Shown piece by piece: positions 9,892 through 19,770 of a stretch of DNA of 64,000 nucleotides. Numbering within the stretch: the stretch's first letter is position 1; every line of letters begins with the position of its first letter. The notes under the pieces were generated by a model. It worked only from the letters and a program-made list of their open reading frames with translations. It had not been told where the DNA came from and searched no databases. Source of the stretch: Patescibacteria group bacterium (GTDB lineage Bacteria; Patescibacteriota; Minisyncoccia; Phycocordibacterales; JBBUBG01); contig JAZKIQ010000005.1 of assembly GCA_040384765.1 (NCBI GenBank), forward strand, positions 358 to 64,357, read 5' to 3'. The translations under genes and the position numbers were made by a program.

Positions 9892-9918
9892 AGAAACTCC
9901 CACTACCTCGCGTGAACT

Positions 9919-10012
9919 AAAATCCTCGTCTACGAGGCGGCCGGCGAGCATCGAGGCTAGTTGTACTACTAGCCAAGTGGCGGAGCCGCCAACGACGTAG
10001 ACGAGGATTTTA
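9919..10012. repeat. family-D element copy 2 (16-bp perfect terminal IR aaaatcctcgtctacg/cgtagacgaggatttt)
   Basis: shares gagcatcgaggc and gcggagccgccaac core with other copies. Confidence 0.55.
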
Positions 10013-10021
10013 GGAGCGCCA

Positions 10022-11689
10022 TTATTTAAAATACTCAGGAGTATACACCCCCATCCAATCAAGGAGCTGCCTCATCACAAACACGCCACCCACCGTGTTG
10101 TGGACTACCCCGCGCTCCATGACAACCACAAATGCGTAGTGTGGATCATCGTACGGGAAAAAGCCCTCCACCCAGGAGTTGACGCGAGCTTTCGAGGCTC
10201 CGAGCTCTGCTGTACCCGTCTTTGCGGCAATCTCTATGCCAGACAGATTGAGACCTGCCGCAGTACCTTCTGTCACCGCGAGGCGCATTCCTTCATGCAC
10301 AATGTTAAACGCCTTAGGGTCTATCGCAAGCTTTGTTGACGATGCGGTGAATCCATCCTCGCGATGCACGATCGTTGGAGTAAGCAGTAACCCTCTGTTC
10401 GCAACAGCAGCAATTGCGCGAACCATCTCGAGCGGAGTTACCGTAAGGCCGTACTGCCCAATCGATGTGTGGTATGTGTTGCCCACGTACCAGGCCTCTC
10501 CATCAAAATTTTTTGCCTTCCACTCGGGGTTTGGTATTACGCCCATTTTTTCTCCCTCGAGCTCAATACCAGTCCTATCGCCAAAGCCAAACATTTTAAA
10601 ATATTTCTCGATTCGAGAGATTCCGAGCCCTGCCTGACCCTGGAAACCTCCCCCTATTACATAAAAATAGACGTCCGAAGAGACGGCGATGGCGCGCCGC
10701 ATATCCACATATCCATGGGCCTTCCAATCTTTAAACACAGTCGCCTTGGTCTTGTCGTACGGGTTTGGGATCGAGATCTGTCCTGTCGAGAGAATTTGCT
10801 TTTCGGGGGAGATTATCTTTTCAGTAAGTGCAGCGAGAGCCATCATCGGCTTTACGACCGAGCCAGGCGCATAGAGGCCCGAAAGAGCACGGTTGAGAAG
10901 TGGGCGCTCTTTGTCATTAAGAGCTGCTGAAATGTAGTCGCTATCCTTTCCTGAAGTAAACGCATTTGCGTCGTACTCCGGATAGCTCGTGAGCGCAATG
11001 AGCTCTCCTGTACGCACGTCCATAATAATTCCAGCGCCTCCCTCAAAGCCACGGTCAACCGCCACACCCTTGATATATTCGTACAGTTTTTTCTGTACGC
11101 GTGAATCGATCGAAATCTTAAACGAGCTGCCCGGCAGAGGCGGCTGATAGATATTTTCTGAGGCGACCTCCCCCTTTGCGTTCACCTCGATGATCTTCTT
11201 TCCGGCTACGCCACGAAGCTCGCTATTGAGCACCTTTTCCGCCCCCTCTTTGCCGATATACTCTTCGGTCGAGAGATAGTGCTGTTCAGCCAGGTCTGTC
11301 TCGCCCGGGTATCCAACATAACCAAGAATATGAGCAAGCCCCTCTTCCGCTGGATAGGTCCGCTCAGGATCATTGGTAACAAGCTCGACCCCGTTGCGGT
11401 CAAGGATAAGGCCACGCTCACCAAACACAGGAATCTGCCGCAGAGTGTTCGACATGCTACGAGCTCGGTACATCTCCCCTCGCTCCACCTGCAGCGCCTC
11501 GGCTTTCCATATAAAAATACCGAACACCAGGGTAAAGATAACACCTAAGAGGTAGGGCGAGCTTTTTGCTATCGCACGCTCAAGACGCCCCTCAAACTGC
11601 TGAGTATCAAACTGCGGCAGGTTGACCGAGTCGAGAAAAATCTCGTCGGGGTCGATCTGTCCTTTTTTTTGACGGCGTCGAAAAATCAT
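10022..11689 (-). CDS. mrdA: penicillin-binding protein 2 (MrdA, elongasome transpeptidase)
   Basis: SVVKP (SxxK), KTGTAE; directly downstream of mreB-mreC-mreD. Confidence 0.75.
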   Translation of the reverse strand: MIFRRRQKKGQIDPDEIFLDSVNLPQFDTQQFEGRLERAIAKSSPYLLGVIFTLVFGIFIWKAEALQVERGEMYRARSMSNTLRQIPVFGERGLILDRNGVELVTNDPERTYPAEEGLAHILGYVGYPGETDLAEQHYLSTEEYIGKEGAEKVLNSELRGVAGKKIIEVNAKGEVASENIYQPPLPGSSFKISIDSRVQKKLYEYIKGVAVDRGFEGGAGIIMDVRTGELIALTSYPEYDANAFTSGKDSDYISAALNDKERPLLNRALSGLYAPGSVVKPMMALAALTEKIISPEKQILSTGQISIPNPYDKTKATVFKDWKAHGYVDMRRAIAVSSDVYFYVIGGGFQGQAGLGISRIEKYFKMFGFGDRTGIELEGEKMGVIPNPEWKAKNFDGEAWYVGNTYHTSIGQYGLTVTPLEMVRAIAAVANRGLLLTPTIVHREDGFTASSTKLAIDPKAFNIVHEGMRLAVTEGTAAGLNLSGIEIAAKTGTAELGASKARVNSWVEGFFPYDDPHYAFVVVMERGVVHNTVGGVFVMRQLLDWMGVYTPEYFK

Positions 11690-11961
11690 AGCCTGCGGGT
11701 TGGAGCAAATATCGTACTATAGTTCTTGAAAAGCTCGGTAACCAAGAAAAAAAGAGCAAAGATTCCTGTCGTAGTGTACTGCCCAAAAAGAGAACCCGCC
11801 ATCGGCACCCCATAGAGCGCATCCACCGCAAGGCCCCATCCAAAAAGCTCGTAGGGGTGAGATACGAGGCAGCCGTACACAAAGGCAAGAACACAGGTGA
11901 TCTGCCACGGAAGTACCGTAAAAAACCAAAGGCCAAGAAGGAAAGCGAGCGCCCTGATCAT
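11686..11961 (-). CDS. mreD: rod shape-determining protein MreD-like small membrane protein
   Basis: 91 aa, 3 TM, position between mreC and mrdA with 4-nt overlaps. Confidence 0.5.
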   Translation of the reverse strand: MIRALAFLLGLWFFTVLPWQITCVLAFVYGCLVSHPYELFGWGLAVDALYGVPMAGSLFGQYTTTGIFALFFLVTELFKNYSTIFAPTRRL

Positions 11962-12764
11962 ATTTTTTTCTTTTCAATATAGACGCGCTCGAGCGTAAAC
12001 ACATTTACCGGCATCTGAGCAAGTATTGCATTGAGGGATACATCTTTCGACTTTTCTACGCTCCCCACCACGGCACTCACCCGTGAGCCAAAGGCAGGTA
12101 CGGTGACCAGATCGCCCACCTGCACATCTGCAGAGAGCGGCACGCTCGCCCGGTACGATCCTCCGCCCGCACCAGCAATATCAATCGGCGTCTCAGACTT
12201 GCCAACAACTCCGTGAAGCTCCCTTCCGTAGGTAGAAAAAAGTTCTATTTTGGCCTGGGTACCGTACACGTTTGCGACGACGCCAAGCAGTGCGCCCGTC
12301 CCTGAGATGACCGTATCTCCCACACGTATGCCAAGGTTTGAGCCGACATCCACCAAAAAGGTATCGTAAGCGCTCGTGCCGGGCCCCGATAGTACGTTTG
12401 CGAGCACAATCTCCACATCGAGATCGCTACGGCCGAGAGCGCTTTTGAGCTCCTGATTTTCGCGAAGGATCACCTGCTCGACCGAAAGGCGCACCTGTGC
12501 CGACTCGAGCTCTTTTTTGAGCTCGGCATTTTCATCAAGAAGCTTCTGTTTGTCGGTAAACCATGCGGTTGTTCGCCCAATCCCCGGGACCACCGAGCCG
12601 AGCCGCACTAGTGGACCCGTAAGCGCAACGATGACACCGCTTGCCGCAGTTGCTCCCCAAAAGAGCAAAGCCATGCCAAAAAGCGAAAGCAAAAAACGAG
12701 AAAGAAGCGGGAGCGCATGCCATCCGTTTCCTGCTCTATTACCGGGGCGGAAGTTCATCTTCAT
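11958..12764 (-). CDS. mreC: rod shape-determining protein MreC
   Basis: N-terminal TM, coiled coil, C-terminal beta domain; downstream of mreB. Confidence 0.75.
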   Translation of the reverse strand: MKMNFRPGNRAGNGWHALPLLSRFLLSLFGMALLFWGATAASGVIVALTGPLVRLGSVVPGIGRTTAWFTDKQKLLDENAELKKELESAQVRLSVEQVILRENQELKSALGRSDLDVEIVLANVLSGPGTSAYDTFLVDVGSNLGIRVGDTVISGTGALLGVVANVYGTQAKIELFSTYGRELHGVVGKSETPIDIAGAGGGSYRASVPLSADVQVGDLVTVPAFGSRVSAVVGSVEKSKDVSLNAILAQMPVNVFTLERVYIEKKKI

Positions 12765-13797
12765 TATCGGTCAAAATATCTCTATACGCTTCAATATTTT
12801 CAAGTACCATTCCGGTGCCGCGGACAACTGCCGTGAGCGGATCTTCTGCCACATGAACAGGGATCTTTATCTCCTCTTCGAGCATATCGCGCAGGCCAGA
12901 GATGAGTGCGCCACCGCCCACGAGCACGATCCCTCGATGCATAATATCAGACAGTATTTCCGGCGGAGTAGACTCCAACACTTCGCGTACCGAGTTGATA
13001 AGCACGATCATCGAAGGCGCTATCGCTTCACGGATATCAGAGTCCGTGATCACTACCTCGCGAGGAAGGCCCGACACCAAGTCGCGCCCGCGCACTGCTG
13101 TTTCAAGGGGTGAACGACGCGGATCAATAGTGCCAATCGCAATTTTCACATCCTCTGCCGTCTTTTCACCAAGCAAAATCTTAAACTCATCTCTGAAGTA
13201 AGTAATGATATCAGCGTTGAGCTTGTCACCCGCCACCTGGATACTCCGACCAGCCACAATGCCGCCAAGAGAGATAACGGCGATATCGGTTGTGCCGCCA
13301 CCAATATCGATAATCATGCTGCCAACGGGCTCAAAAATCGGTAGCCGAATGCCAACAGCCGCAGCCATAGGCTCTTCGATAACATGTACAGCGCGGGCGC
13401 CTGAGGCAAACGCGACATCGCGCACGGCCCGGCGCTCTACATTGGTAATAGAGAGCGGCACACCAATCACCACACGCGGACGAGCAAACTTATATTTCCC
13501 AAGCGCGCGCGCCTTTTTCAAAAAATACCCCACCATCTCCTCTGTCACCTCGAAATCAGAGATCACTCCGTTGACGAGCGGCCTTATGGCTGTGACGTGT
13601 CCCGGCGTGCGACCAAGCATCTGCTTTGCCGCGCCACCCACCGCGACTACACGACCCGTTTTTTGATTGACCGCCACAACGGACGGCTCATTGATCACCA
13701 CACCGTGTCCGCGCACATACACAAGCGTGTTGGCCGTACCCAGGTCCATACCGATATCGTTTGCAAATAGATTGTAGTAGCGGTCGATTAAATTCAT
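12739..13797 (-). CDS. mreB: rod shape-determining protein MreB (actin homolog)
   Basis: DLGTANTLVYV, GGGTTDIAVISLGG actin-fold phosphate motifs. Confidence 0.85.
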   Translation of the reverse strand: MNLIDRYYNLFANDIGMDLGTANTLVYVRGHGVVINEPSVVAVNQKTGRVVAVGGAAKQMLGRTPGHVTAIRPLVNGVISDFEVTEEMVGYFLKKARALGKYKFARPRVVIGVPLSITNVERRAVRDVAFASGARAVHVIEEPMAAAVGIRLPIFEPVGSMIIDIGGGTTDIAVISLGGIVAGRSIQVAGDKLNADIITYFRDEFKILLGEKTAEDVKIAIGTIDPRRSPLETAVRGRDLVSGLPREVVITDSDIREAIAPSMIVLINSVREVLESTPPEILSDIMHRGIVLVGGGALISGLRDMLEEEIKIPVHVAEDPLTAVVRGTGMVLENIEAYRDILTDNEDELPPR

Positions 13798-13880
13798 AGG
13801 ACAGAAGGACAGAAGTAGTTGCAGGACAGAAGTAGTACTACTTCTGTCCCTCTATACTTCTGTCCTGCAACTACTTTTTA
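13797..13880. repeat. intergenic stem-loop built from GGACAGAAG direct and inverted repeats (mreB-proS gap)
   Basis: aggacagaaggacagaagtagttgcaggacagaagtagtactacttctgtccctctatacttctgtcctgcaactac then ttttta; nested perfect hairpins. Confidence 0.55.
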
Positions 13881-15122
13881 TACCTCCTTCACAAACGCTG
13901 CAGCCTCCACCATCTTTGCTTCCATCTCCGTGCGTCTCTTCCACTCTACCTGCCCTTTCTCGAGCGATTTTTCAGAGATAATAATACGGTGCGGGAGACC
14001 AATCAGGTCAGCATCTGCAAATTTCTCCCCAGCGCGCACACTGCGATCATCAAGAAGTACGGAAACGCCTTTTTTGCGCAGCTCATTTACGAGCTTGTCT
14101 GCCTCCTGTCGCACCAGATGATCTGATTCTCCACCAAAGAGCGGGAGAATATGCACTTTGTACGGTGCCACCGCTTCCGGCCACACGATGCCCTTGTGGT
14201 CGCCCAACACTTCGACAATCGTACCCATAAGCCTCCCTACCCCGATTCCATAGCAGCCCATCTGCACCGTTTTTTCCAACCCTTCGTGGTCCTTAAACGA
14301 AAGACCAAACGGCTCCGAATATTTTGTTTTTAGCTCAAAAATATTGCCCACCTCGACAGCCTTCTCCTCTTTAAACGCCACCCCTTTGCACTCAGGGCAT
14401 GTTTCAAGATCTGCACGCACCTCTTTGTTGATAGCCGTCTGACAGTTTTCGCAGATATAGATAATATCTTCGCCAGCAGGGGTAAGTGTCTGGAACTCGT
14501 GGGAATATTTCGAAAAAGTGCCGCCGGAGGCAAACGTAAGGTAGGTCATCTGGCCAATACCCACTCGATCAAAGATATTTTTGTACACTCCCTTCATCAG
14601 ATCGTAGAACTGTGCGAGATCCTCTTCGCTCGCATGAAATGAGTACTGATCTTTCATCAAAAACTCGCGCCCGCGAAGAAGGCCGCTTTTGGCCCGCAGC
14701 TCCATGCGAAACTTATTTTGAAACTGATACGTCGAGAACGGAAGGTCCTTGTACGAAGAGACAAACTCTTGCACGAGAGGCACCACCACCTCTTCGTGGG
14801 TTGGGCCGAGGGCGTACTCCTTGCCTTCGGACTCCTGCACCTTATAGAGGACGTCGAGCGAGTCCCAGCGGCCAGTCTTTTGCCAGTTCTCCTTTGGCTG
14901 AAGTGCAGGCATTGCAATCTCCTGGGAGCCGATGGCAGACATCTCTTCGCGAATGATCTTTTTGAGATTCTCGATCACCATCTGCCCCAGAGGCAGATAG
15001 GTGTACACACCCGAAAGAAGCTTGTCGATGTAGCCTGCGCGAATGAGGAGCTGAGCATTTTTCGAAACCTCATCTTTTGGAGCTTCTTTGCGGGTTTTCG
15101 TGAAGAGTTTGGATTGGAGCAT
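13878..15122 (-). CDS. proS: prolyl-tRNA synthetase (short archaeal/eukaryotic-type); ORF track extends N-terminus to 15167
   Basis: class II aaRS; MLQSKLFTKTRKEAPKDEVSKNAQLLIRAGYI matches ProS N-terminus; C-terminal zinc cluster CENCQ...CPEC. Confidence 0.75.
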   Translation of the reverse strand: MLQSKLFTKTRKEAPKDEVSKNAQLLIRAGYIDKLLSGVYTYLPLGQMVIENLKKIIREEMSAIGSQEIAMPALQPKENWQKTGRWDSLDVLYKVQESEGKEYALGPTHEEVVVPLVQEFVSSYKDLPFSTYQFQNKFRMELRAKSGLLRGREFLMKDQYSFHASEEDLAQFYDLMKGVYKNIFDRVGIGQMTYLTFASGGTFSKYSHEFQTLTPAGEDIIYICENCQTAINKEVRADLETCPECKGVAFKEEKAVEVGNIFELKTKYSEPFGLSFKDHEGLEKTVQMGCYGIGVGRLMGTIVEVLGDHKGIVWPEAVAPYKVHILPLFGGESDHLVRQEADKLVNELRKKGVSVLLDDRSVRAGEKFADADLIGLPHRIIISEKSLEKGQVEWKRRTEMEAKMVEAAAFVKEV

Positions 15123-15190
15123 GTGGTTGTTTGAATGAATGCTACAGGAGAAAAACTGCTTGGTCAAAAAATGCCCGACTCCGATATCTA

Positions 15191-15282
15191 CCTAGAAAAG
15201 CACGATAAAATTCTGTTGAATTTTTCTCTACTCCTCGCCTTCGCTCGTCCGTAAGGCTTTTCCAGGCAAATATCCTCGTCGG
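15191..15282. repeat. family-C repeat copy 2 in proS-rseP gap
   Basis: gaaaagcacgataaaattctgttgaatttttctctactcctcgccttcgctcgtccgtaaggcttttccagg. Confidence 0.55.
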
Positions 15283-15335
15283 GCAGATGCTCTCGTGATG
15301 GTTGAGGCGAGGAAGCGGTACGCTACGCGTGCAAA

Positions 15336-16442
15336 TCAGCCTCTCACCAGCTTCATGACATCTCCATAGGTGAGAATAGCCATCAGAAGAATAAGGGCGA
15401 AAAAACCCGCTGCGTTCCAAGTTGCTGAGGTGCGAGGACGGATCTCCTTTCTCCGGACTGCTTCGATAAGGATAAAAAGGAGGCGGCCGCCGTCGAGCGC
15501 AGGGAAAGGCACAAGGTTCATCACCGCAAGATTTACTGAGATCATTGCTGTCAGAGTAAGTAGGTAGACAAATCCGAGAGCGGATGCGTCACCCACCACA
15601 CCAATAAGTCCTACGGGGCCCGTTACGCCATCAAGATTTGCTTGGCCCACAAACACCGAACGTATGAGGCCAAAAAGGGCACCTGCCGTGGCCTGCAGAA
15701 GATGCGCCGTCGTGCGAGCACCTTCCACTATCGAAGAAAAGAAGCCGAGCTGAAGCGTGCCAACCGTATCCATGGCAATACCAACAGCGAGCTTATCTGG
15801 CACGATACCCACCACAGGGATAAGGTGAGCATCTCGTGGAAGTGACTCGCCGCGGCGATAGGTAAGGGTAAGCTCGCGCCCGCCTGTGGCAGCGATAAAC
15901 TGCTGAATAGCTTCTGGTGTACTCCCTTCCAGCTTGCGATCAGGGGCGCCCGAAAGAGCAACGATCTCATCCCCTGCTTGGAGGCCCGCTTTTTCTGCAG
16001 GTGAATCTGGACCCACAAAAGTAACGACCGTCTTTGCATCAAGAAGCGTACTCCCGGCTGGAGCTTGGGAGAGCGACATAGGCAGGCCCAGCATATAGCC
16101 AGAAGAGATGAGACCCCAAGCAAGGATCAGGTTGAAACAGACACCTGCAACCACAACAGCCGCCTGCTTCCATCTTGATTTTGCCGTGAAGCTATCTGCC
16201 GGGCGAGTATCCACTGCTCCCTCTTCGAGAGCATCTTCTCCGTATATACGCACAAACCCACCAAACGGTATTGCATTAAAGGAGTAGAGAGTCCCCTTCC
16301 ATGTGTATCCAAAAAGTCGTGGTGGAAATCCAAAACCAAACTCATCGACACGCATCCCAAAGAGCTTCGCCACGATAAAATGGCCAAACTCATGGGAAAC
16401 CACGAGGACACCGAGGATAATTACGAAAAGTATAATTGACAT
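15336..16442 (-). CDS. rseP: RIP site-2 zinc metalloprotease RseP
   Basis: HEFGHF zinc motif, PDZ domain, multiple TM. Confidence 0.8.
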   Translation of the reverse strand: MSIILFVIILGVLVVSHEFGHFIVAKLFGMRVDEFGFGFPPRLFGYTWKGTLYSFNAIPFGGFVRIYGEDALEEGAVDTRPADSFTAKSRWKQAAVVVAGVCFNLILAWGLISSGYMLGLPMSLSQAPAGSTLLDAKTVVTFVGPDSPAEKAGLQAGDEIVALSGAPDRKLEGSTPEAIQQFIAATGGRELTLTYRRGESLPRDAHLIPVVGIVPDKLAVGIAMDTVGTLQLGFFSSIVEGARTTAHLLQATAGALFGLIRSVFVGQANLDGVTGPVGLIGVVGDASALGFVYLLTLTAMISVNLAVMNLVPFPALDGGRLLFILIEAVRRKEIRPRTSATWNAAGFFALILLMAILTYGDVMKLVRG

Positions 16443-16449
16443 GTACTTG

Positions 16450-16510
16450 CAAGAGTTCAGACATCAGAGTTTAGAGTTCAGTCTGACTGAGCTCTGATCT
16501 CTGAACTCTG
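16450..16510. repeat. family-B palindromic 9-mer cluster copy 1 (rseP start / frr stop gap)
   Basis: caagagttcagacatcagagtttagagttcagtctgactgagctctgatctctgaactctg. Confidence 0.6.
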
Positions 16511-16525
16511 TAATCTGTACTCTTC

Positions 16526-17077
16526 TTATTCTGCTATATCTCCCTCCTTCTTCCCTGCCATGCTCTCAAGCTTCGCATTCGCTTCGTCTACATGCTTCTG
16601 AAGCGCTTCAATATCGCGAAACTTATCGTCCTCTCCTATCTCCTTCGCTTTCTCTTTGGCCGTAATGTCGTTTTTGATCACATCGCGCTCTTTGCGCACC
16701 CGCACGCGGGCCTCTTCGAGCTTTTCCTTGAGCACTTTGCCGAGCATCGTACGGCGCTCCCCAGAGAGCTCTGGAAACACCACGCGGATATTAGAGCCGT
16801 CAGACGATGTTGATACGCCAAGGTTTGCAGCCGAGATCGAAGACTCGATCTCCTTCAACATTACTTTGTCCCACGGAGAGATGACGAGCGAGCGAGAGTC
16901 ACCAAGCGCAATCGCCGCCACGTGCGAAATCTGCATTCGCGACCCGTACTGCTCTACATATACCGAATCGAGAATCGCCGGAGTGGCACGGCCCGTGCGA
17001 ATAGCCGCGAGCTCACGCGCAAACCACTCCTCGATCTCTTTTTGTTTTGCTTTAAACTGAGAAAAATTGTATGCCAT
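16526..17077 (-). CDS. frr: ribosome recycling factor
   Basis: 183 aa; full-length match to Frr. Confidence 0.85.
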   Translation of the reverse strand: MAYNFSQFKAKQKEIEEWFARELAAIRTGRATPAILDSVYVEQYGSRMQISHVAAIALGDSRSLVISPWDKVMLKEIESSISAANLGVSTSSDGSNIRVVFPELSGERRTMLGKVLKEKLEEARVRVRKERDVIKNDITAKEKAKEIGEDDKFRDIEALQKHVDEANAKLESMAGKKEGDIAE

Positions 17078-17093
17078 AGAAAATCATAGTTAC

Positions 17094-17153
17094 CAGAGAT
17101 CAGAGTTTAGAGTTCAGCCAGACTGAGCTCTGATAACTAAACTCTGAACTCTT
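17094..17153. repeat. family-B cluster copy 2 (frr-holB gap)
   Basis: cagagatcagagtttagagttcagccagactgagctctgataactaaactctgaactcttg. Confidence 0.6.
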
Positions 17154-17195
17154 GCTTGGGTCATATACTATCACGACGAACGAGGACCGGCCACC

Positions 17196-17888
17196 CTACA
17201 AAACAAGCGCAAGGTGCTCAAGGATAAGCCGCGGATTCCCTGCCGTCTCCCCTAAAAACGGCTTTACGGCAGAGATCTCTTGGAGTGCACGAACTGCTCC
17301 GGGGTTCGAGGTGAGCTTCTCCCGAAGAGCCTGCTCAAGGGCGACAAGAAATGCCCCCGCAGAACGCTTTTGCGCCTTTTTTTCGTCAGGGTCATCCGTT
17401 TTCTTTACGAGCGTCGCCAGCATTTCGAGGCGTTTTGCGGGTGCAGCGTTCAAAAAGCCGAGCGCCTTGATGCGATCTCCATCGGCAAACTCTGCTCGCG
17501 TGGACTCAAGAATAAAAAAGCGCGACAAGAGCGTCGCCAGAAAAAGATCACGCGATGGCGCAAGGATAAAAAAATGTATGCCTGGGGCCGGATCTTCAAG
17601 CGTTTTGAGAAGAGCGTTCTGCGCTTCTCGCGTGAATGCGTACGACTCCACAACGAATATTCTCTTGGTATCTTTTCGAAATGCGCCACTTCCCGCTTGC
17701 ATTCGCAAATCTCGCGACTCATCTATTCCAACACTCTCCCCCTTCCACCACGAGATATCAGGGTTACCCTCGAGCTCGCGACCGGTTGCCTCAATTAAAA
17801 AAGATCGGAGGTCGGAAGAAAGCATAGTCGTATCCCCCACGACAAGATAAGCATGATGAAGCTTTGTCGGGTCAAGCGAGGTAAACAT
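17196..17888 (-). CDS. holB: DNA polymerase III delta-prime subunit HolB-like (degenerate AAA+); ORF N-terminal extension to 18074 unlikely
   Basis: LHHAYLVVGD...LKTLEDPAPGIHFFILA clamp-loader box motifs. Confidence 0.65.
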   Translation of the reverse strand: MFTSLDPTKLHHAYLVVGDTTMLSSDLRSFLIEATGRELEGNPDISWWKGESVGIDESRDLRMQAGSGAFRKDTKRIFVVESYAFTREAQNALLKTLEDPAPGIHFFILAPSRDLFLATLLSRFFILESTRAEFADGDRIKALGFLNAAPAKRLEMLATLVKKTDDPDEKKAQKRSAGAFLVALEQALREKLTSNPGAVRALQEISAVKPFLGETAGNPRLILEHLALVL

Positions 17889-17979
17889 TCCGAAAGTATA
17901 TACGAACGGACGTTTTTTAAAAAAGAAAAAGCCGGGCATCCGAAAGGATACCCGGCAACACCCCCCCAAGACAGCACCT

Positions 17980-18294
17980 CTACGCGGACGCCAGTCCAAA
18001 AATATATCGGCCAGCGAGAGGAGGATGCGGATGCTTCTGCCAATCAACCACCCGGAGACCATTCTGCTCGGCAAACTCCGAGATCAAGGCGAGCGCTTCG
18101 GCCTCGTTCGTAACCGGGCTCCAAGCAGGCATCTTGTCCTCCTTCTTCCCGCTTGCTAAGAGCCAATACAGCTTTTCAGCTATCCTCACGAAGGCGATCA
18201 ACGTGGGAAGGCCAGGTTCAATGATGATGTACCCACGATCGCCGGGCTGGAGCACTGTCTTCTTGTCAGCAAGCACAAACTGATTAACGGACAC
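17980..18294 (-). CDS. hypothetical protein (GC-rich ORFan cassette, GTG start)
   Basis: 104 aa; SD aaaaggag-6nt-GTG; own consensus promoter P2 upstream. Confidence 0.5.
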   Translation of the reverse strand: MSVNQFVLADKKTVLQPGDRGYIIIEPGLPTLIAFVRIAEKLYWLLASGKKEDKMPAWSPVTNEAEALALISEFAEQNGLRVVDWQKHPHPPLAGRYIFGLASA

Positions 18295-18340
18295 TTGCCT
18301 CTCCTTTTCCTGCGTTGCCGGAAAACCTAACTATCTCAAA

Positions 18341-18386
18341 GTGATACAAAAAAACTATATCACTTTTTTATGAAAAGTCAACTTAA
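18341..18386 (-). promoter_or_regulatory. near-consensus promoter P2 (TTGACT-N16-TGaTATAGT) with 6-bp palindrome gtgata/tatcac at the transcription start
   Basis: minus strand reads ttgacttttcataaaaaagtgatatagtttttttgtatcac; highly similar to P1/P3/P4/P5. Confidence 0.55.
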
Positions 18387-18419
18387 ACGACACCTCCATG
18401 CTGAGACCAGAGACTAGTC

Positions 18420-18524
18420 AAAAATCTTCGAGATGCGAGGAGGTCGGCGAGCATCGAGGCGTAGCTGTACATGGGGTACTGCTAGCCGAGTAGCGGAGCC
18501 GCCGACAAAGCAGATTGAGATTTT
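18420..18524. repeat. family-D element copy 3, between promoter P2 and mreB2 stop
   Basis: aaaaatcttcgagatgcgaggaggtcggcgagcatcgaggcgtagctgtacatggggtactgctagccgagtagcggagccgccgacaaagcagattgagatttt. Confidence 0.55.
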
Positions 18525-18541
18525 GGACGGTCTCCAGAAAA

Positions 18542-19561
18542 CTAGCGCTTAGCATTAACACTCTTTTTATAAACATCGAGATGCTCCAGCGCCACTCCGG
18601 TCCCATTTGCCACACAGTAGAGCGCGTTTTCGGCAAGCACAGCCTTTACACCGGTCCTTCGGTACACAAGCTCTGGCAGGTTGCGGAGTATCGACGAGCC
18701 GCCCGTCATCACGATTCCATAGTCAATAATATCTGCAGCGAGCTCAGGGGGCGTTTCTTGGAGCACATCTTTGATCGCTTTGATCATTTCGCGAAGCTCT
18801 CCATCGATCGCTTTTACGATCTCATTGGTCGATATCTCCACCGATCGCGGAAGCCCTGTCAAAAAATCTCGCCCTTTAATAGCCGTAAACAGCTCATCTT
18901 CCACGAGCACCGCTGACCCGATACTGATCTTCACCTCTTCGGCTGTTCGCTCACCCACCGCCAAGTTGAACGTACGTTTAATATAGTCTGCAATCGCCAA
19001 GTCGATCTTCGTACCAGCGCATTTCACCGATTTGGAAGCAACGATACCTCCGAGCGAGATTACCGCCACATCGGTCGTACCTCCTCCAATATCGACAACC
19101 ATATGTCCGCGTGGCTCATAAATAGGGATACCTGCACCGATGGCGGCCAAGATCGGCTCTTTTACCACATACGCATTTTTAGCGCCCGCTCGTACAGCGG
19201 CTTCGATCACCGCACGACGCTCTGTCGAGGTGACTCCCGCCGGCACCGACACCATCACCTCTGGCTTCCAGATGTTCCAGCGAGGAAGCGCTTTGCCGAT
19301 AAAATAGCGAAGCATGGCCTCCGTCACGCGATAGTCTGCGATGACGCCATCTTTCATGGGCCTGTAGGCGATCACATGATCCGGCGTCTTGCCGATCATA
19401 TCTCTGGCCTCATTGCCCACAGCGAGCACCGTGTTGTCGAGCTCAGACACAGCCACCACCGACGGCTCGTTGAGCACAATCCCCTTGCCAGGCAAAAAGA
19501 CGAGCGTGTTTGCCGTACCCAGATCGATGCCGAGTTTGGTGGTAAAAAAAGGAAGAGCCAT
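18542..19561 (-). CDS. mreB: second MreB/Mbl-like actin homolog; ORF track start 19624 is a TTG extension
   Basis: DLGTANTLVFLPGKG, GGGTTDVAVISLGG. Confidence 0.8.
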   Translation of the reverse strand: MALPFFTTKLGIDLGTANTLVFLPGKGIVLNEPSVVAVSELDNTVLAVGNEARDMIGKTPDHVIAYRPMKDGVIADYRVTEAMLRYFIGKALPRWNIWKPEVMVSVPAGVTSTERRAVIEAAVRAGAKNAYVVKEPILAAIGAGIPIYEPRGHMVVDIGGGTTDVAVISLGGIVASKSVKCAGTKIDLAIADYIKRTFNLAVGERTAEEVKISIGSAVLVEDELFTAIKGRDFLTGLPRSVEISTNEIVKAIDGELREMIKAIKDVLQETPPELAADIIDYGIVMTGGSSILRNLPELVYRRTGVKAVLAENALYCVANGTGVALEHLDVYKKSVNAKR

Positions 19562-19615
19562 GTGTGGGGTTAGTATGCGTTGGCAAGGTTCGTTTTGCAA
19601 ACTGGCCAAAAAAGC

Positions 19616-19722
19616 AAATCCCAAGCACCAAATTCCAGATATATTTCAATATTCAAAATACAAATAACCCAAGTTTAGTATTTGAGTTTTGAGTATTTTC
19701 TGGAATTTGGTGCTTGGGATTT
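19616..19722. repeat. family-F element copy 2 with perfect 24-bp terminal inverted repeats aaatcccaagcaccaaattccaga, in divergent mreB2/priA promoter region
   Basis: perfect 24-bp TIRs; loop aaataacccaagtttagtatttgagttttgag homologous to copy 1 loop. Confidence 0.65.
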
Positions 19723-19770
19723 GAAGAAGGAAGCGCTTCTAGATGCGCCACGTCTATGCCATTATAGCCC

